Of a stretch of 64,000 nucleotides of DNA, positions 62,590-64,000 are shown in pieces; positions within the stretch are counted from its first letter, which is position 1, and every line of letters begins with the position of its first letter. Where the stretch lies: positions 11,408-75,407 of the forward strand of contig JAHBAU020000007.1 of the NCBI GenBank assembly GCA_018499905.2, read 5' to 3'. Below the pieces are notes generated by a model. It saw nothing but the letters and a program-made list of their open reading frames with translations, had not been told where the DNA came from and did not search any database. Position numbers and translations under genes: made by a program. The DNA comes from Candidatus Saccharimonadota bacterium (GTDB lineage Bacteria; Patescibacteriota; Saccharimonadia; Saccharimonadales; AQU-01).

Positions 62590-64000
62590 CTACAAGCCGA
62601 CGACGTAGTTGAAAGCGCTTCTCTGGCCGTTAAAGTAGTTGCTGGTGTCGTTCCAAAGTTCGATAAGCAAAGTGGGGATGCCGTGTTTGTCGTGCAGCCA
62701 GTCTTCGAAGGCGCCGGTTGTATCGTAGTTAAAGGTGGTGCCGAGTTCGCTGTTTTTTCGGGCCCACAAACCAGACTTTTTACCGTAGTTATACGTGATG
62801 TCCCAAGAGTTGCCGGATTCGTTGGCAATCACCATGCCGCCCGATGAGTGATAGGTCAGCACTAACACCGGATCTTGGGCCAGGACATAATTAGCCAAGG
62901 CGCTGGATTCTGGTTCGCTTAACGGTGCGGTGCCGCCGCCGTAATCTAAGAACTCACCGTTTGGCATGCTCACCCCAGGTTTCCAGCTGTTAGAAGGGAA
63001 ATTGCGGTTGAGGTCAACGTTGTTGGCATTGGTTCGGCGATTCTGGGCATAGCCGTCGGGGTTTAGATTAGGAATAATGATGATGCTGTTGCTGCTGGCG
63101 ATTGTGCTGGGGTTGGCTTCTAAATGATCAATAAGAGAATTCAGCGTGTAAACCGAGCTTTTTTCGTTGCCGTGGGTGCCGCCAACAAAGATGATGTTTT
63201 TGCCGCCGCTGCCAAAACGGTAGGCGTTTATGCTGCGCCCCAACACACTGGAACCAATGCTAAATACTGTCTGGCAGGTGGTGCGTGAGCCGTACTGCCA
63301 CGCCTGGCCGCCGCCAATACCGTAATTGTTTATGAGGCCAGCCTGTACCCGGACGGTAAAGCTCACACACTTGCCTAAGGCTGCCGGTGTAATGAACAGC
63401 TGGTTGCCTGAGGCCGACACGCCAGCGGTAATTGGTGCGCCATTGGCCTCAACGGAGACAAAACTAGCGAAGTTTTGGCCGCTCTGCAGAACGCTGTCAA
63501 ACGTGATGCCAATTTTGGTGCCGGGAGCTACTTTATAACTACCAATGCTGACACCGCTCACTTTGGGCCCGCCGGAAGTCGTAAACGGCAGAACGTATGG
63601 TGCGGCCAGCTGGCTTTGGTCGGTAGCTTCAACTTGATCGATAATCAAGTGGTAAGTGGTTTCACGACCCAGCGGCGCGGCAAATTTGACGATAATAACG
63701 CTCTCTTGAATTTCGTAGGTGGTTGCCACCACCTGGTTGCCGCTGTTCGTGATGGCTTCCAGGCGCAGGTTAGTGGCAGACGTCACCGGCTTGTTTAACG
63801 TCAGGATCAATGTGTCTGGGGCGTCATACACCGTTGTGCTTGGGGCGACGCTGGACGATACAACGGTCACTGGTTCGATGGTGGTGATGGTGCCGCTATA
63901 GACATCGCTTAGGCGGGCATCTTTGTAATATCGCTCCAAAGTAACCGAATAACTTTGACCTTGAGTGAGGTTGAGCGGCTCGAGCTCGCAAGCGAGGTTG
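62590..64000 (-). CDS. M14 carboxypeptidase-like protein with N-terminal Ig-like region (5' end partial)
   Basis: FVGGTHGNEKSS (HxxE zinc motif) and IPNLNPDG. The frame stays open upstream of the TTG at 63939 to the window edge. Confidence 0.7.
   Translation of the reverse strand, partial: NLACELEPLNLTQGQSYSVTLERYYKDARLSDVYSGTITTIEPVTVVSSSVAPSTTVYDAPDTLILTLNKPVTSATNLRLEAITNSGNQVVATTYEIQESVIIVKFAAPLGRETTYHLIIDQVEATDQSQLAAPYVLPFTTSGGPKVSGVSIGSYKVAPGTKIGITFDSVLQSGQNFASFVSVEANGAPITAGVSASGNQLFITPAALGKCVSFTVRVQAGLINNYGIGGGQAWQYGSRTTCQTVFSIGSSVLGRSINAYRFGSGGKNIIFVGGTHGNEKSSVYTLNSLIDHLEANPSTIASSNSIIIIPNLNPDGYAQNRRTNANNVDLNRNFPSNSWKPGVSMPNGEFLDYGGGTAPLSEPESSALANYVLAQDPVLVLTYHSSGGMVIANESGNSWDITYNYGKKSGLWARKNSELGTTFNYDTTGAFEDWLHDKHGIPTLLIELWNDTSNYFNGQRSAFNYVVGL

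Overview
Calls come from reading the sequence and ORF track and from remembered family motifs. No database search or computation was run.

About 43 kb is compact chromosome, mostly housekeeping: polA, fpg, an otsA-otsB fusion, holA, rpsT, rpsO-pnp, a family-4 UDG, RNase J, ftsK, rpsF-ssb-rpsR, efp, tlyA, a Crp/Fnr regulator and ychF. These sit among many membrane-anchored or orphan proteins. The style fits a reduced-genome bacterium, possibly Patescibacteria/Saccharibacteria-like, but that is low-confidence inference.

At the 5' end of ychF (about 43.3 kb) the chromosome is interrupted by a visibly more AT-rich element of about 17.4 kb, running to about 60.8 kb.
- It opens with a minus-strand operon: small DUF5659-like protein, Zn-finger/TOPRIM/P-loop primase-helicase, mini-ORF, excisionase-type HTH and a large serine recombinase. 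The recombinase ORF runs 56 nt into ychF.
- Two cargo modules follow, bounded by three same-orientation copies of a roughly 170-bp repeat.
- Module A (49.5-55.9 kb) encodes a His-motif secreted protein, a CxxxC membrane protein, DsbA, an amicyanin-like cupredoxin, a degenerate DUF305 protein, CydA with a half-size partner, a PAP2 phosphatase and a CDF exporter.
- Module B (56.1-60.4 kb) encodes a CsoR/RcnR-family repressor with a perfect palindromic operator, a CxxxC paralog, a canonical DUF305 protein, a His-rich CPH-type CopB ATPase and an orphan.

Host sequence resumes with a histidine kinase, a convergent stand-alone receiver and a partial M14 peptidase-like surface protein. I recognised no rRNA, tRNA, CRISPR array or reverse transcriptase.

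The strongest leads are:
- the element and its junction with ychF;
- the repeat-bounded cassette architecture;
- the bd-oxidase/DsbA/cupredoxin module;
- the C-H-H CsoR-family sensor paired with CopB;
- a HExxH plus J-domain protein;
- recurrent leaderless promoter geometry.
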